A DNA stretch of 64,000 bases from Alphaproteobacteria bacterium (GTDB taxonomy: Bacteria; Pseudomonadota; Alphaproteobacteria; UBA828), in NCBI GenBank assembly GCA_965237415.1, contig CBDEFM010000002.1, positions 2,528,001 to 2,592,000 of the forward strand. Reading direction: 5' to 3'. The notes under the pieces are model-generated. The model did not search any database. It was given only the letters and a program-made list of their open reading frames with translations, and was not told the origin of the DNA. Made by a program: the position numbers and the translations under genes. Each line of letters begins with the position of its first letter. Position 1 is the first letter of the stretch. Shown piece by piece: positions 1-11,343 of the stretch.

Positions 1-222
<222 letters not shown>

Positions 223-318
223 AGCGGCCAAAAGGCAACCATTTAGGCCGTCTCTGTCACTAATTTTGTCTCCCCCCGCCGCCTTGCCCCGCCTTGGTGA
301 GGGCGGCATAGTGCAGCC

Positions 319-900
319 ATGGAATGGCGCCATGCAGTGGAGAGGGGTGTGCACCGCGAGGCGGAGGAGCCGCCCGTTCGCGTGTGCGAGCATCCAGACT
401 GCGACTGCGCCGCGGACCACAAGGCGCCGCGCGCACCCAGCGACCTCCGCTCCTGGCGCTGGTTCTGCCTCGACCATGTGCGCGACTACAACCGCTCTTG
501 GAACTTCTTCGCGGGCTGGAGCCAGCACGACATCGAGCGCTTTCAACACGACGACATGACCGGGCATCGCCCCACATGGCCGTTCTGCCAGGGACCGGGC
601 GGGCGCCGGCGGGAGGACCTGGAGGCAGCGTTGCGCACCTTCGCGCGCGAGTGGCTGGGTGGCGAAGAAGGGCAGAACGGACGACGGCGGCCGGGCACAA
701 ACGGGCACTCAGAGGCCACACTCGAAGCGCTCGCGCTCTTCGACCTCACGCCACCCTTCGACCTCGACTCGCTCAAGCGGCGCTACAAGTCGCTAGTCAA
801 ACGGCACCACCCAGACGCCAACGGCGGTTCGCGCGAATCCGAGGAGCTTTTGAAACACATCAATCACGCCTATAACTACCTCAAGAAGGAGTGCTCATAG
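319..900 (+). CDS. DnaJ-domain protein with N-terminal Cys/His cluster
   Basis: C-terminal J-domain with HPD (RHHPDANGG); [11 protein letters not shown] motif; usual position upstream of cobS in alphaproteobacteria. Confidence 0.85.
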   Translation: MEWRHAVERGVHREAEEPPVRVCEHPDCDCAADHKAPRAPSDLRSWRWFCLDHVRDYNRSWNFFAGWSQHDIERFQHDDMTGHRPTWPFCQGPGGRRREDLEAALRTFAREWLGGEEGQNGRRRPGTNGHSEATLEALALFDLTPPFDLDSLKRRYKSLVKRHHPDANGGSRESEELLKHINHAYNYLKKECS

Positions 901-976
901 ACGAGGCGTGGTCAATCGGACTGGCACGGGGGCGGCCGCCGATGGCGGCCTTCTTCGTGTGGAAGGAAAGCGCGCA

Positions 977-1978
977 ATGCAGAAGAACGAGGCAGAGACG
1001 CCGGGCGCCAACGGCGGTGTGCCGGACATCCAGGTTTCCGTCAGCCAGACTTTCGGTATCGACACCTACATGGAGGTGCCGGCGTTCTCGGAGCCCACGG
1101 ACCATGTGCCGGACATCGACAACGCCTATCGCTTCGACCGCGACACCACGCTCACCATCCTCGCCGGCTTCGCGCACAACCGCCGGGTGATGATCCAGGG
1201 CTACCACGGCACCGGCAAATCCACCCACATCGAACAGGTGGCGGCCCGCCTCAACTGGCCCTGCATCCGCATCAACCTCGACAGCCACATCAGCCGCATC
1301 GACCTGATCGGCAAGGACGCGATCGTGATCCGCGACGGGGTGCAGGTGACCGAGTTTCGCGAAGGCCTGCTGCCGTGGGCGCTGCAGCATCCGACGGCGC
1401 TGGTGTTCGACGAGTACGACGCCGGCCGGCCTGACGTGATGTTTGTGATCCAGCGCATCCTCGAGGTCGACGGCAAGCTCACCCTGCTCGACCAGAACCG
1501 GGTGGTGCGGCCGCATCCCGCGTTCCGCATTTTCTCCACCACCAACACCGTCGGGCTCGGCGATACGACTGGCCTCTATCACGGCACGCAGCAGATCAAC
1601 CAGGGCCAGATGGACCGCTGGAACCTGGTCGCGACGCTCAACTACCTCGCCCACGACGAGGAAGTGAAGATCGTGCTGTCGAAGGTGCCCTCCTACGAAA
1701 CCGAGGAGCGGCTCAAGCTGATCCATGCGATGGTCGAGGTGGCAGCGCTCTCCCGCGCCGGCTTCATGGCCGGCGACGTGTCCACCGTCATGTCGCCGCG
1801 CACGGTCATCCACTGGGCCGAGAACGCCGAGATCTTCGACGATGTGGGCTACGCCTTCCGCACCACCTTCGTGAACAAGTGCGACGAGATGGAACGGCCG
1901 ATCATCGCCGAGTACTTCCAGCGCTGCCTGGGCGTGGAGCTACCGGAATCGTCGGCGCCGCTGCAGGCGAGAAACTGA
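977..1978 (+). CDS. cobS: Cobaltochelatase subunit CobS (MoxR-type AAA+ ATPase)
   Basis: Walker A GYHGTGKS, Walker [29 protein letters not shown]; ATG at 977 follows a GGAAGGA RBS. Confidence 0.95.
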   Translation: MQKNEAETPGANGGVPDIQVSVSQTFGIDTYMEVPAFSEPTDHVPDIDNAYRFDRDTTLTILAGFAHNRRVMIQGYHGTGKSTHIEQVAARLNWPCIRINLDSHISRIDLIGKDAIVIRDGVQVTEFREGLLPWALQHPTALVFDEYDAGRPDVMFVIQRILEVDGKLTLLDQNRVVRPHPAFRIFSTTNTVGLGDTTGLYHGTQQINQGQMDRWNLVATLNYLAHDEEVKIVLSKVPSYETEERLKLIHAMVEVAALSRAGFMAGDVSTVMSPRTVIHWAENAEIFDDVGYAFRTTFVNKCDEMERPIIAEYFQRCLGVELPESSAPLQARN

Positions 1979-1993
1979 GCCGGACCACGCCTC

Positions 1994-3874
1994 GTGCCCC
2001 AAGAGGAAACCCCGGTCGAGACCTTCCAGCGGGCCGTCGGCTCGGCGCTCCGGGCTATCGCGGGCGAGGCGGGCGAGGAGCTGCAGGTTTCCTTCGGCGC
2101 GGACCAGCCGCAGGTCGCAGGCGACCAGGTCCAGCTTCCGTTTCCGGCGCGCGATCTCAACGCGCTCGACGTTGAGCTGGTGCGCGGCTCGGCCGACGCG
2201 CTGGCGCTCAGGCTTCGCTACCACGACCAGGGCGCCCACGTGCGCGAACAGCCGCGCGGCAAGACGGCGCGCACGATTTTCGAAGCGATCGAGCAGACGA
2301 GGGTCGAGGCGCTGGGCGCAGGCCGGCTTGCCGGCGTTGCCGCGAACCTCGATTCCGCGCTCGAGCAGAGATGCCGCCGCAAGGGCTACGATCACTGCAA
2401 TGCGCCCGAGGAGGTGCCGATCGCAGAGGCGCTCGCCATGATCATGCGCGAGAAGCTCACCGGCCGGCACTTGCCGCAGTCCGCCCGCCACATGGCCGAC
2501 CTGTGGCGGCCCTGGTTCGAGACCAAAGGCGCGAAGTACACGGCGCAGCTCATGCGCGCGATGAACGATCAGACCCAGTTTTCGTCGCTCTCCAGGCGCC
2601 TGATCAAGGACCTGGACCTGCCCGACGAGGACGCCGAAGACCCGGACGACGCCGAGGACCAGTCGAGCCCCGAACAGACCGACGATGACGACGCCAGCCA
2701 GCCTGGCGATGCCGAGCGCGGCGACGAAATGGATTCGGACAGCGACCGGGAGGCGGATGCCGACGCGGACGCGGATGCCGACGCGCAGGACGCGGCCGAC
2801 GAAGACGCTGACGCCTCGATGAGCGAGGGCGAGGACGACGACGAGGAAGCCGGCCGGCGGCGCTTCCACCCCGGCAGCGGGCCGGGGCAGCCGAAGGAGC
2901 CGCCCTACAAGGCATTCACGACCGCCTTCGACGAGATCGTCAACGCGTCCGACCTCTGCGACGCCGAGGAACTGACCAGGCTCCGTCTTCAGCTCGACCA
3001 ACAGCTCTCGCAGCTGCATGGGGTCATCAGCCGGCTCGCAAACCGGCTGCAGCGGCGCCTTCTCGCGCGCCAGACGCGCTCGTGGGAGTTCGACCTCGAA
3101 GAGGGCCTGCTGGATACCGCGAGGCTGTCCCGTGTCGTCACCAACCCGCTCCATCCGCTCTCCTACAAGATGGAGAAGGAAACCTCCTTCAGGGATACGG
3201 CGGTGACGCTGCTCATCGACAACTCAGGTTCCATGCGCGGGCGGCCGATTATGGTCGCTGCGATGAGCGGCGACGTTCTAGCACGGACCCTGGAGCGCTG
3301 CGGCGTGAAGGTGGAGATCCTGGGCTTCACCACCCGGGCGTGGAAGGGAGGCCAATCGCGCGAGCGCTGGCTTGCCGAGGGTCGCACGCGCAATCCGGGT
3401 CGCCTCAACGACCTCCGCCACATCGTCTACAAGAATGCCGACGAGCCCTGGCGTCGGGCGCGGAAGAGCCTCGGGCTCATGCTGCGCGAGGGCCTGCTGA
3501 AGGAGAACATCGACGGTGAGGCGTTGCTCTGGGCGCATGAGCGCCTTCTCGCGAGGTCCGAGGAGCGCCGCATTCTGATGGTGATCTCCGACGGCGCGCC
3601 GGTGGACGACAGCACGCTCTCAGTCAACGCGCGCAATTATCTGGAGCGGCATCTACGCTCGGTGATCGATTGGGTCGAGACCTTTTCGCCGGTCCAGCTA
3701 TTGGCCATCGGCATCGGGCACGATGTGACCCGCTACTACCGCCGTGCCGTCACGCTCACCGATGCGGAGCAACTCGGTGGCACCATGACCGAAAAACTCG
3801 CCGAGCTCTTCGACGAGAAGCCGCGCGAGGAGCGCGCCTTTGGATCCCGCCCGCGGCTCAGGAGTGCTTCGTAG
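1994..3874 (+). CDS. cobT: Cobaltochelatase subunit CobT (acidic linker plus VWA domain)
   Basis: [16 protein letters not shown] motif [32 protein letters not shown]; directly after cobS. Confidence 0.95.
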   Translation: MPQEETPVETFQRAVGSALRAIAGEAGEELQVSFGADQPQVAGDQVQLPFPARDLNALDVELVRGSADALALRLRYHDQGAHVREQPRGKTARTIFEAIEQTRVEALGAGRLAGVAANLDSALEQRCRRKGYDHCNAPEEVPIAEALAMIMREKLTGRHLPQSARHMADLWRPWFETKGAKYTAQLMRAMNDQTQFSSLSRRLIKDLDLPDEDAEDPDDAEDQSSPEQTDDDDASQPGDAERGDEMDSDSDREADADADADADAQDAADEDADASMSEGEDDDEEAGRRRFHPGSGPGQPKEPPYKAFTTAFDEIVNASDLCDAEELTRLRLQLDQQLSQLHGVISRLANRLQRRLLARQTRSWEFDLEEGLLDTARLSRVVTNPLHPLSYKMEKETSFRDTAVTLLIDNSGSMRGRPIMVAAMSGDVLARTLERCGVKVEILGFTTRAWKGGQSRERWLAEGRTRNPGRLNDLRHIVYKNADEPWRRARKSLGLMLREGLLKENIDGEALLWAHERLLARSEERRILMVISDGAPVDDSTLSVNARNYLERHLRSVIDWVETFSPVQLLAIGIGHDVTRYYRRAVTLTDAEQLGGTMTEKLAELFDEKPREERAFGSRPRLRSAS

Positions 3875-3902
3875 CGCCTAACCGCGCATGGCTGCGCGCC
3901 CC

Positions 3903-4667
3903 TCACACAAGATAGGCTTGGAAGAAGGCCAAGGTGCGCTGCCAAGCGAGGGCGGCGTCCTCCTCGTCGTAGCGGGCGCTGGTTGGGTTGGCGAAGCCGT
4001 GATCTGCCTCGTACCAGTGGCTCTCGGCGCTCTTGCCGGCCGCCGCCATCTCGGACTCGAAACCGTCCACCATGGCTTGGTTGATCCACTTGTCGCGGGT
4101 GGCGAAGTGGCCGAGCACCGGCCCGGTGAGCGCTGCCAGGCGCTCACGCCCCTTCTTGACGCTGCCGTAGTAGACGATCGTCGCGTCGACCGGCGCCGCG
4201 AGCGAGGCGTTGAGCGACCAGCCGCCGCCAAAGCACCAGCCCACGGTGCCGACCTTACCGGTGCCGTCTTCATGGCTCCGCAGCCAGTTGACCCATGAAG
4301 CGCAGGTGTCGGTCGCGGCCCCGGCGTCCACCGCCCCGACCAGCTCGCGCGCGGTCTGTGGATCGTCGGTCACTTGGCCATCGTAAAGATCAATAGCGAG
4401 CGCCAGATAGCCGGTCTCCGCCAGTGCCGCGGCAACCGACTTGATCTGGTCGTTCAGCCCCCACCATTCGTGCACCAGAATGACGGCCGGCGCCGGTAGC
4501 GCGGCGGGCACACCGAGCGCGGCCGAGACGGACCGGCCGCCTGCGGTGGTGATGGTGACGGTCTCGAGGCTGGCGGCGGCAGCCCGGGCGAGCCGCGGGT
4601 CCGCGAGGACCGCTGCGAGCGGCAGCCCGGCGAGACCGATGAGGAGGTCACGTCTTGCGAGTCCCAT
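3903..4667 (-). CDS. Dienelactone hydrolase family protein with Tat-like signal
   Basis: HEWWGL, nucleophile elbow GWCFGG, HGFANP; N-terminal RRDLL. Confidence 0.9.
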   Translation of the reverse strand: MGLARRDLLIGLAGLPLAAVLADPRLARAAAASLETVTITTAGGRSVSAALGVPAALPAPAVILVHEWWGLNDQIKSVAAALAETGYLALAIDLYDGQVTDDPQTARELVGAVDAGAATDTCASWVNWLRSHEDGTGKVGTVGWCFGGGWSLNASLAAPVDATIVYYGSVKKGRERLAALTGPVLGHFATRDKWINQAMVDGFESEMAAAGKSAESHWYEADHGFANPTSARYDEEDAALAWQRTLAFFQAYLV

Positions 4668-4808
4668 GGCGCGTCGTCCTCCGTTGCGATGTCAGGGCGC
4701 CCATGGTCGGGCGCGCGCGGGCCCGGCGCAAGACGTGATCGGGCCGCCCATTGCTTTCTCCGCCGGACGCCTCCCTGTATCCTCGCGCGGCTTCAGCGGA
4801 GGAGGGCC

Positions 4809-6536
4809 ATGGCGAGTTCGATCGAGGCGCGAGACATCAGCCGCCGGCGGGGAGCCGGCGCGCAGCTCAGGCGAGAGGAAGACCCGACGAACCGCCCGAT
4901 TACCGGCGGCGATACGCTGGTCAAGACCCTTCTCGACCACGGCGTCGATACCGCGTTCGGCGTGCCGGGCGAGAGTTACCTCGCCGTCCTCGAAGCGCTG
5001 CGGGCGGCGCAGGATCGGCTCCGCTTCGTCGTCACCCGCCATGAATCCGGTGCCACCTTCGCCGCCTGCGCCTACGGCCGGCTCGCGCGCAAGCCGGGTG
5101 TCGCCTTCGTGACCCGCGGGCCCGGCGCCACCAACGGCGCGATCGGAATCCACACCGCGCGCCAGGATTCGGTACCGTTGCTTCTCTTTGTCGGCCAGGT
5201 GCCGTCGGGGCAGCGCGGCCGGGAGGCCTTTCAGGAGATCGACTATCACCGCATGCTGGGGCCGCTGACCAAGGCGGTGTTCGAGCCGCAGACGCCGCAG
5301 GAAGTCGCGGAGGCTGCTGCGGAGGCCCATGCGATCGCCATGGACGGAAGGCCCGGGCCGGTCGCCGTTTCGCTGCCTGAGGACGTCACCGAGGGCGCGG
5401 CCGGCAACGCGCCACCGCCGGCGCTCCGCCCACGTAGGGACCGCCCGCCCGCGCCGGAGGCGATCGAGGACATCGCCCGGCACCTCACGCGCGCCGAGCG
5501 CCCCGTCGTGATCGCAGGCGAGATGGTGGGCTCCGAGGGCGCCAACGAGGCGCTCGCCGCCTTCGCCGAGGCCTATGGCTGCGGCGTGCTCAGCTCCTTC
5601 CGCCAGCAGGGGGTGGTGCCGTCCGCGCACCCCGCCTATCTGGGGACGCTCGGCTTGGCACTCCCGCCCTATCAGGAAGACCTGCTGGCCGAGGCGGATC
5701 TTGTGCTGGCGCTCGGCACCCGGCTCGACCTCGCCACCACCCTCGACGATCGGGTGACGGAGGAGGCGCGCCTCGTCATCCATGTCTACCCGGATGGCGA
5801 TGCACTGGCCGCTGCCGGTGGCGACCTGCAGGTCTGTGCCGATATCGCGCCGGTGCTGGAGGGCCTCTGCGCCGCCGCGCCGGAGGCCCCGCCCGCGACC
5901 CGAAACGCTTGGCGCGCGACCCAGCGCGCGGCGTTCGATGCGTTCCGCCAGAACGCCGCCGCGCCGGCGCTCGGTGCGGTCGATCTCGCCGCCGTCGTGC
6001 AGACGCTGGCCGAGCGGGTGCCTGAGGATGCGACCATCGTCAACGACGCCGGCAATTTCTCCACCTGGCTGCTCCGCCACTACCCTTACGAACATCCGCT
6101 GTCCCAGGCCGCACCGGCGGTCGGCGCCATGGGCTATGCCATGCCCGGCGCGATCGGCGCGCAGCTCGCGCGGCCCGGCAAGCGGGTGGTGGCGCTCGCC
6201 GGCGACGGCGGCTTCGGCATGACCGGGCAGGAGCTGATCACGGCGGTCGGCAACCGTCTGCCGATCGTCGTGCTGGTGTGCGACAACGGCGGCTACGGCA
6301 CCATCGCCATGCATCAGCACCAGCGCTACGGCGCCGACGCCACCTACGGCATCGCGCTCGACCGTCCGGACTTCGCGGCTGCCGCCCGCGCCTGGGGCGC
6401 AGACGCCTGGACGGTCGCGGCCACCGAGGATTTTGCACCGGCGCTGGAGGGGGCATTGGCGGCGCAAGGCCCCACGCTGATTCACCTCAAGACCGACATG
6501 CGCGATCTCGCGGCCTCGGGCGCCAAGATGCAGTGA
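4809..6536 (+). CDS. Thiamine-diphosphate-dependent enzyme (acetolactate synthase large subunit-like)
   Basis: FGVPGESYL, RHESGA, TRGPGATN, and ThDP motif GDGGF...DNGGYG; ATG at 4809 follows GGAGG. Confidence 0.9.
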   Translation: MASSIEARDISRRRGAGAQLRREEDPTNRPITGGDTLVKTLLDHGVDTAFGVPGESYLAVLEALRAAQDRLRFVVTRHESGATFAACAYGRLARKPGVAFVTRGPGATNGAIGIHTARQDSVPLLLFVGQVPSGQRGREAFQEIDYHRMLGPLTKAVFEPQTPQEVAEAAAEAHAIAMDGRPGPVAVSLPEDVTEGAAGNAPPPALRPRRDRPPAPEAIEDIARHLTRAERPVVIAGEMVGSEGANEALAAFAEAYGCGVLSSFRQQGVVPSAHPAYLGTLGLALPPYQEDLLAEADLVLALGTRLDLATTLDDRVTEEARLVIHVYPDGDALAAAGGDLQVCADIAPVLEGLCAAAPEAPPATRNAWRATQRAAFDAFRQNAAAPALGAVDLAAVVQTLAERVPEDATIVNDAGNFSTWLLRHYPYEHPLSQAAPAVGAMGYAMPGAIGAQLARPGKRVVALAGDGGFGMTGQELITAVGNRLPIVVLVCDNGGYGTIAMHQHQRYGADATYGIALDRPDFAAAARAWGADAWTVAATEDFAPALEGALAAQGPTLIHLKTDMRDLAASGAKMQ

Positions 6537-6538
6537 CA

Positions 6539-7759
6539 ATGCCCGCCGGCGACGCGACCGAGGCCGATGGAAACGGCCCGGCGCCGGAAGACGCGCCGGG
6601 CGAGGCTGCCGTCGAAGCGCATGTTTTGAGCTCAATCACCCAGGTGGACGCGGCCGCCTGGGACCGCTGCGCGGGCCCCGACAACCCCTTCGTCCGCCAT
6701 GGCTTTCTGTCAGCGCTCGAAGAGAGCGGTTCGAGCACGACGGAGACCGGCTGGCACCCTCGACACATCGTTCTCAAGACCCCGCAGGGCGCCGTCCTCG
6801 GCGCCGTGCCGATGTATCTCAAGAACCATTCCCACGGCGAATACGTGTTCGACCACGGCTGGGCGGACGCATTCGAGCGCGCCGGCGGCCGCTACTATCC
6901 TAAGCTTCAGGTCTCGGTCCCGTTCACGCCGGTGACCGGGCCGCGCCTGCTCGCACCCGCGGGACCGAGCGCGGAAGCGGTGAGGACGGCCTTGCTGTCG
7001 ACCTGCGTCGGCGTCTGCGACCAGACTGGCGTCTCGTCGCTGCACGTCACCTTTCCCACCGAGGACGAGTTCGGCCTGATGGGCGAAGCGGGGCTCCTGC
7101 AACGCACGGGCATCCAGTTCCACTGGCTCAACGAGGGCTATAGCACCTTCGACGACTTCCTCGCCGGCCTCGCCTCGCGCAAGCGGAAGCAGATACGCAA
7201 GGAACGGCAAACGGTGGCGGACTCGGGCCTGACGATCACGGCGCTTGCGGGTAGCGAGATCGAGGAGCGCCACTGGGATGCCTTCTTCGCCTTCTACCGG
7301 ACGACCGGCAGCCGCAAGTGGGGGGTGCCCTATCTCACGCGCGCCTTCTTCAGTCTCCTCAGCGAGCGGATGGCCGATGCGGTGGTGCTGGTGATGGTCG
7401 AGCGGGCGGGCCAGCCCATCGCGGGGGCGCTTAACCTTGCGGGGTCGGACACGCTCTACGGCCGCAACTGGGGCTGTATCGAGGAGCACCGCTTCTTGCA
7501 CTTCGAGGCCTGCTACTACCGCGCTATCGACTACGCCATCGCGCGCGGCCTAAAGCGGGTCGAGGCCGGCGCCCAGGGGCCGCACAAGCTCGCCCGCGGC
7601 TACCTGCCCGTGCCCACCTATTCCGCGCACTGGGTCGCCAACGAGAGCCTGCGGGAGGCGGTCGGGCGCTACCTCGACCACGAGACGCGGGAGATCGACC
7701 GGGAGATCGCCGTACTGGAGCGGCACGGCCCCTTCCGCCAGAGCGACGACGCGGCCTGA
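6539..7759 (+). CDS. GNAT-fold FemAB-like (DUF482-type) protein
   Basis: HSHGEYVFDHGWADA, YYPKLQVSVPFTP, LHFEACYY, EAGAQGPHKLARGY. Confidence 0.85.
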   Translation: MPAGDATEADGNGPAPEDAPGEAAVEAHVLSSITQVDAAAWDRCAGPDNPFVRHGFLSALEESGSSTTETGWHPRHIVLKTPQGAVLGAVPMYLKNHSHGEYVFDHGWADAFERAGGRYYPKLQVSVPFTPVTGPRLLAPAGPSAEAVRTALLSTCVGVCDQTGVSSLHVTFPTEDEFGLMGEAGLLQRTGIQFHWLNEGYSTFDDFLAGLASRKRKQIRKERQTVADSGLTITALAGSEIEERHWDAFFAFYRTTGSRKWGVPYLTRAFFSLLSERMADAVVLVMVERAGQPIAGALNLAGSDTLYGRNWGCIEEHRFLHFEACYYRAIDYAIARGLKRVEAGAQGPHKLARGYLPVPTYSAHWVANESLREAVGRYLDHETREIDREIAVLERHGPFRQSDDAA

Positions 7760-7844
7760 GGGGGTCCCCCGCCCGCCTTGCGTCAGACACCACAGCACCC
7801 CAAGATCGCCGGCACTCCAACCGCCGCGCCCGAGGAGAAATCGA

Positions 7845-9194
7845 ATGGCAGCCTCCAATCTCGACGCGCTCACCCGCGATGCGCTCGACTTCTATCTGTT
7901 CCCGCTCGTGAGCAAGCAGGATGTCCGCTCGCAGGGCCCGATGATCTTCACGAGTGCCGAGAGGCTGGAAATCACCGACGCCGGGGGCAAGACCTACCTC
8001 GACATGATGAGCTCCCATACCCGGGCGAGCTCGCTGGGCTACGGGCAGGAGCGCATCGCGCGCGCGATCTACGACCAGCTGATGCAACTCCACTACGCTG
8101 GCACGATCGCCAATGTGGTCGATGTCACGGTCAACCTTTCGGCCAAGATGGCGGAACTGGCGCCGGGCTCGCTCACGGCGACGGTATTTGCCGGCAGCGG
8201 GTCGGAAGCCAACGAGATGTCGATCAAGCTCGCCAAGCAGTACCACATCGCAAAAGGCGACAAGCCGCACGCGCACAAGATCATCTCGCGTTGGGACTCC
8301 TATCACGGCGCCACCATGGGCGTGATCGGCTGCACCGACTATCTCGGCACACGTGCCATCACCGAGCCTGGCGTGCCCGGCTACAGCCGCATCCCTGCGC
8401 CGACGCTCTACCGCACGCCCTTCGGCATGGACCCCTCCGAGGTCTGCGACTTCTGTGTCGACTTCCTGGAGCAGCACATCGTCCATGAGGGGCCGGAGAC
8501 GGTCGCCGCCTTCATCGCCGAGCCGGTGATGCAGGGTGACGGCGTGCAGGTGCCACCCGACGACTACTTCGCCAGGGCGAAGGCGGTCTGCGACAAGTAC
8601 GACGTGCTGTTCATCGGCGACGAGGTGATCACCGGCTTCGGCCGCTGCGGATACTGGTTTGCGCTGGAGCACTGGGGCGTCGAGTGCGACATCATGAGCA
8701 CGGCGAAGGCGATCACCGCCGGCTACTTCCCGCTCGGCGCGTCGACGGCGAGCCGCAAGGTGGCCGACGCGTTGCCGGTGTTCACTCATATCCAGACCTA
8801 CAACGGCCACCCCGGCGCCTGCGCCGCGGCGCTTGCCACCATCGATATCCTGGAGAGCGACAACCTGATCGAGCACGGGCGCGAGACCGGTGCTTACTTT
8901 CTCGATGCCTTGCAGCGGTTGCGGGACCTCCCCATCGTCGGCGACGTGCGCGGGCTCGGCATGTGGACCTGCATCGACTTCACCGTCGACAAAAAGACCA
9001 AGGCGCCGTTCACCGACGACACGGTCAAGGCGATTACGCGCCGCATGGCCGATCTCGGCGTGCTCGGCGGCGAAGAAGGCACGGCGATCGAGTTCGGCCC
9101 GGCGCTCGTCGCCACCCGAGAGGACGTCGACCGCTGCATCGATGTTGCGGAGCAGGCGATCCGCGAGGTGATGGCGGACCGGAACCTCGGCTGA
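7845..9194 (+). CDS. Class-III PLP aminotransferase (omega-amino acid type)
   Basis: SGSEANE, SYHG, FIAEPV, DEVITGFGR, AKAITAGYFPLG. Confidence 0.9.
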   Translation: MAASNLDALTRDALDFYLFPLVSKQDVRSQGPMIFTSAERLEITDAGGKTYLDMMSSHTRASSLGYGQERIARAIYDQLMQLHYAGTIANVVDVTVNLSAKMAELAPGSLTATVFAGSGSEANEMSIKLAKQYHIAKGDKPHAHKIISRWDSYHGATMGVIGCTDYLGTRAITEPGVPGYSRIPAPTLYRTPFGMDPSEVCDFCVDFLEQHIVHEGPETVAAFIAEPVMQGDGVQVPPDDYFARAKAVCDKYDVLFIGDEVITGFGRCGYWFALEHWGVECDIMSTAKAITAGYFPLGASTASRKVADALPVFTHIQTYNGHPGACAAALATIDILESDNLIEHGRETGAYFLDALQRLRDLPIVGDVRGLGMWTCIDFTVDKKTKAPFTDDTVKAITRRMADLGVLGGEEGTAIEFGPALVATREDVDRCIDVAEQAIREVMADRNLG

Positions 9195-9215
9195 TCGCCG
9201 CTCCCTCAACCCGGA

Positions 9216-10613
9216 TCAGTCCAGGATCACGCCGGGATTGAGGATGCCCTTGGGGTCGAGCGTGGCCTTCAGCCTGCGCATCAGCGCGATCTCCTCGGGC
9301 GTGCGCGCGAGCGGCAAATAGGCGCGCTTCATCACGCCGATGCCGTGCTCGGCGCTGATGCTGCCCGCGTGGCCGTGCACAGCGCCGTAGATCGCCTCCG
9401 CCAACGCCGGCTCCATGGCGAGAAAGTCGGCGTCTGAGAGCCCCGGCTCCTGCGCCATGTTGACGTGGACATTGCCATCGCCCAGATGGCCGAAGAGAAC
9501 CACCCGCACGCCCGCGAACCCCTCGGCCAGCGCCTCCATCTCGCCGAGAAACGCGGGGATCACGCCGGGCGGTACCGTCACGTCGAACTTGTGGGTGAGC
9601 CCGCGGCGGCTCACCGTCTCGGTCGGGGCCTCGCGCACCTGCCAGATAGCCCGCGCCTGGGCCTCGGAACCCGCGACCACAGCGTCGACGATCAGCCCGT
9701 CGGCGAGCAGGCTCTCGAGCCCGGCTGCGAAGGCTTCGCCCGCCGCCTCGCCTGTGGTGGACTCCTCTTCGATCACGACGAGGCTCGCGTGCTCGCCCGC
9801 GAGCGGGATGCGAAGCTCGGAGTCCGCCTCGCGGACATAGGCCACAGTTGCCCCGTCGATGAACTCGAGCGACGAGAGGCGGGGGAAGCGCGCCCGCGCC
9901 GCCTGCAGCAGGGCAGGCAGGAGGTCGCGGCGTGCCAGGCCTGCGAGCGCGGTCTGAAACGCCTCCGGCGCCGGCTGCACCTGGAGCACGGCGCGGGTGA
10001 TGACGCCGAGCGTGCCCTCCGAGCCGATGAAGACCTGTTTCAGGTCGATGCCGGTGTTGTTCTTCTTGAGGATGTTGAGGCCGCTCACCACGGTGCCGTC
10101 GGCGAGCACGACTTCGAGGCCGCGCACCTGCTCGCGCATGTGGCCGTAGCGGAGCACCTTCACCCCGCCGGCATTGGTGGCGATCATGCCGCCGATCTGG
10201 CATGACCCGCGGGCGCCGAGATCCACCGGCATGTCGTAGCCCCGCTCGGCGAGATAATTCTGTAGCGTCTCCAGCACGACACCGGCCTGAACCCGTACGG
10301 TGGCCGAGGCCTCGTCGAACGCCTCGATCGCGCCCATCCGCTCGACGCTGAGCACCACCTCGCCCGCGCGCGGCACCCCGCCGCCCACCATCCCGGTGTT
10401 GCCGGCCTGGGGCACCACGGGCACGTCGAGCTCGGTGCAGGCCGCGAGCACCGCCGCCACTTCCTCGGTCGAGCGCGGGCGCACCACGAGCGGCGCGCTG
10501 CCGACATACTTGCCGATCCAGTCGCGCGCATAGCGGGCCGTGTCGGCGGGGTCGTCGAGATAGAGCGCCGGGTCGCCGAGCCTGGCGCGCAGCCTCTCGT
10601 GGGGCGCCGTCAT
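9216..10613 (-). CDS. FAD-binding oxidoreductase (D-2-hydroxyglutarate/D-lactate dehydrogenase-like)
   Basis: GNTGMVGG, IGGMIATNAGG, FIGSEGTLG, GHLGDGNVH, SAEHGIG, DPKGILNPG. Confidence 0.9.
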   Translation of the reverse strand: MTAPHERLRARLGDPALYLDDPADTARYARDWIGKYVGSAPLVVRPRSTEEVAAVLAACTELDVPVVPQAGNTGMVGGGVPRAGEVVLSVERMGAIEAFDEASATVRVQAGVVLETLQNYLAERGYDMPVDLGARGSCQIGGMIATNAGGVKVLRYGHMREQVRGLEVVLADGTVVSGLNILKKNNTGIDLKQVFIGSEGTLGVITRAVLQVQPAPEAFQTALAGLARRDLLPALLQAARARFPRLSSLEFIDGATVAYVREADSELRIPLAGEHASLVVIEEESTTGEAAGEAFAAGLESLLADGLIVDAVVAGSEAQARAIWQVREAPTETVSRRGLTHKFDVTVPPGVIPAFLGEMEALAEGFAGVRVVLFGHLGDGNVHVNMAQEPGLSDADFLAMEPALAEAIYGAVHGHAGSISAEHGIGVMKRAYLPLARTPEEIALMRRLKATLDPKGILNPGVILD

Positions 10614-10691
10614 CGTGCACTCCATTCGGCAGAGGGCCGGTTTTGCGGCACTATGCGGCCTGCGTCAAACGGCGAGGGCGGAGCGCGGCGG

Positions 10692-11333
10692 ATGGGCGTC
10701 AAGGTACTGTTTCTCGACTATGACGGCGTGATCGCCGACAGCATGGGGGCCAAGGTGGAAGCCATGGCCGACGCCTTCGCGCCCTATACCCAGGATCGGG
10801 ATGCGGTCGCCGACGGCTTCAGGCGCCACGCCGGCAGCGGCCGGGAATTGGTTTTCGACCACATCTACGAGGACCTGCTGGGAAAGGCGCTCGACGAGCC
10901 CACCCGCGAGCGCATCCTGGGCGCGTTTCTCGACCGCATCGACGCCATCAACGCGGCGATCCGCCTCTTCCCCGGCGTCCATGACTTCATCGAAGGCCAG
11001 GCGGCGAAGCGGCTCGTCGCCGTGGTGACGGGGGTGCCGCACGACGAGGCCGAGCGGCAGCTTGAGCGCTTGGGCCTCGCGCCCTTTCTCGCCTCGGTTC
11101 ATGGAGCGACGCGCGCGACGCCCAAGCACATCCACATGAAGCGATTCCTGGAGGCCCGCGCTATCCAGCCCGCCGATGCCCTCTTCGTGGGCGATTCTCA
11201 TGCCGATATGCGCGAGGCCGCATTGGCTGGCGTCCCCTTCGTCGGCATCGGCACGCTGGATTTTTTCGCCGCTGGTGCACCGCGCGCCGTGGTTCCCCGC
11301 CTGCCCGACCTTGCCCCACTCATCGACGGCTGA
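10692..11333 (+). CDS. HAD-family hydrolase/phosphatase
   Basis: Motif I DYDGVIAD, motif II T, motif III K, and FVGDSHAD. Confidence 0.85.
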   Translation: MGVKVLFLDYDGVIADSMGAKVEAMADAFAPYTQDRDAVADGFRRHAGSGRELVFDHIYEDLLGKALDEPTRERILGAFLDRIDAINAAIRLFPGVHDFIEGQAAKRLVAVVTGVPHDEAERQLERLGLAPFLASVHGATRATPKHIHMKRFLEARAIQPADALFVGDSHADMREAALAGVPFVGIGTLDFFAAGAPRAVVPRLPDLAPLIDG

Positions 11334-11343
11334 GGCCGCGCGA

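Noticed and set aside
2620-2850. Asp/Ala low-complexity repeat (DADADADA) inside cobT
   Set aside because: An acidic linker is a normal feature of CobT.
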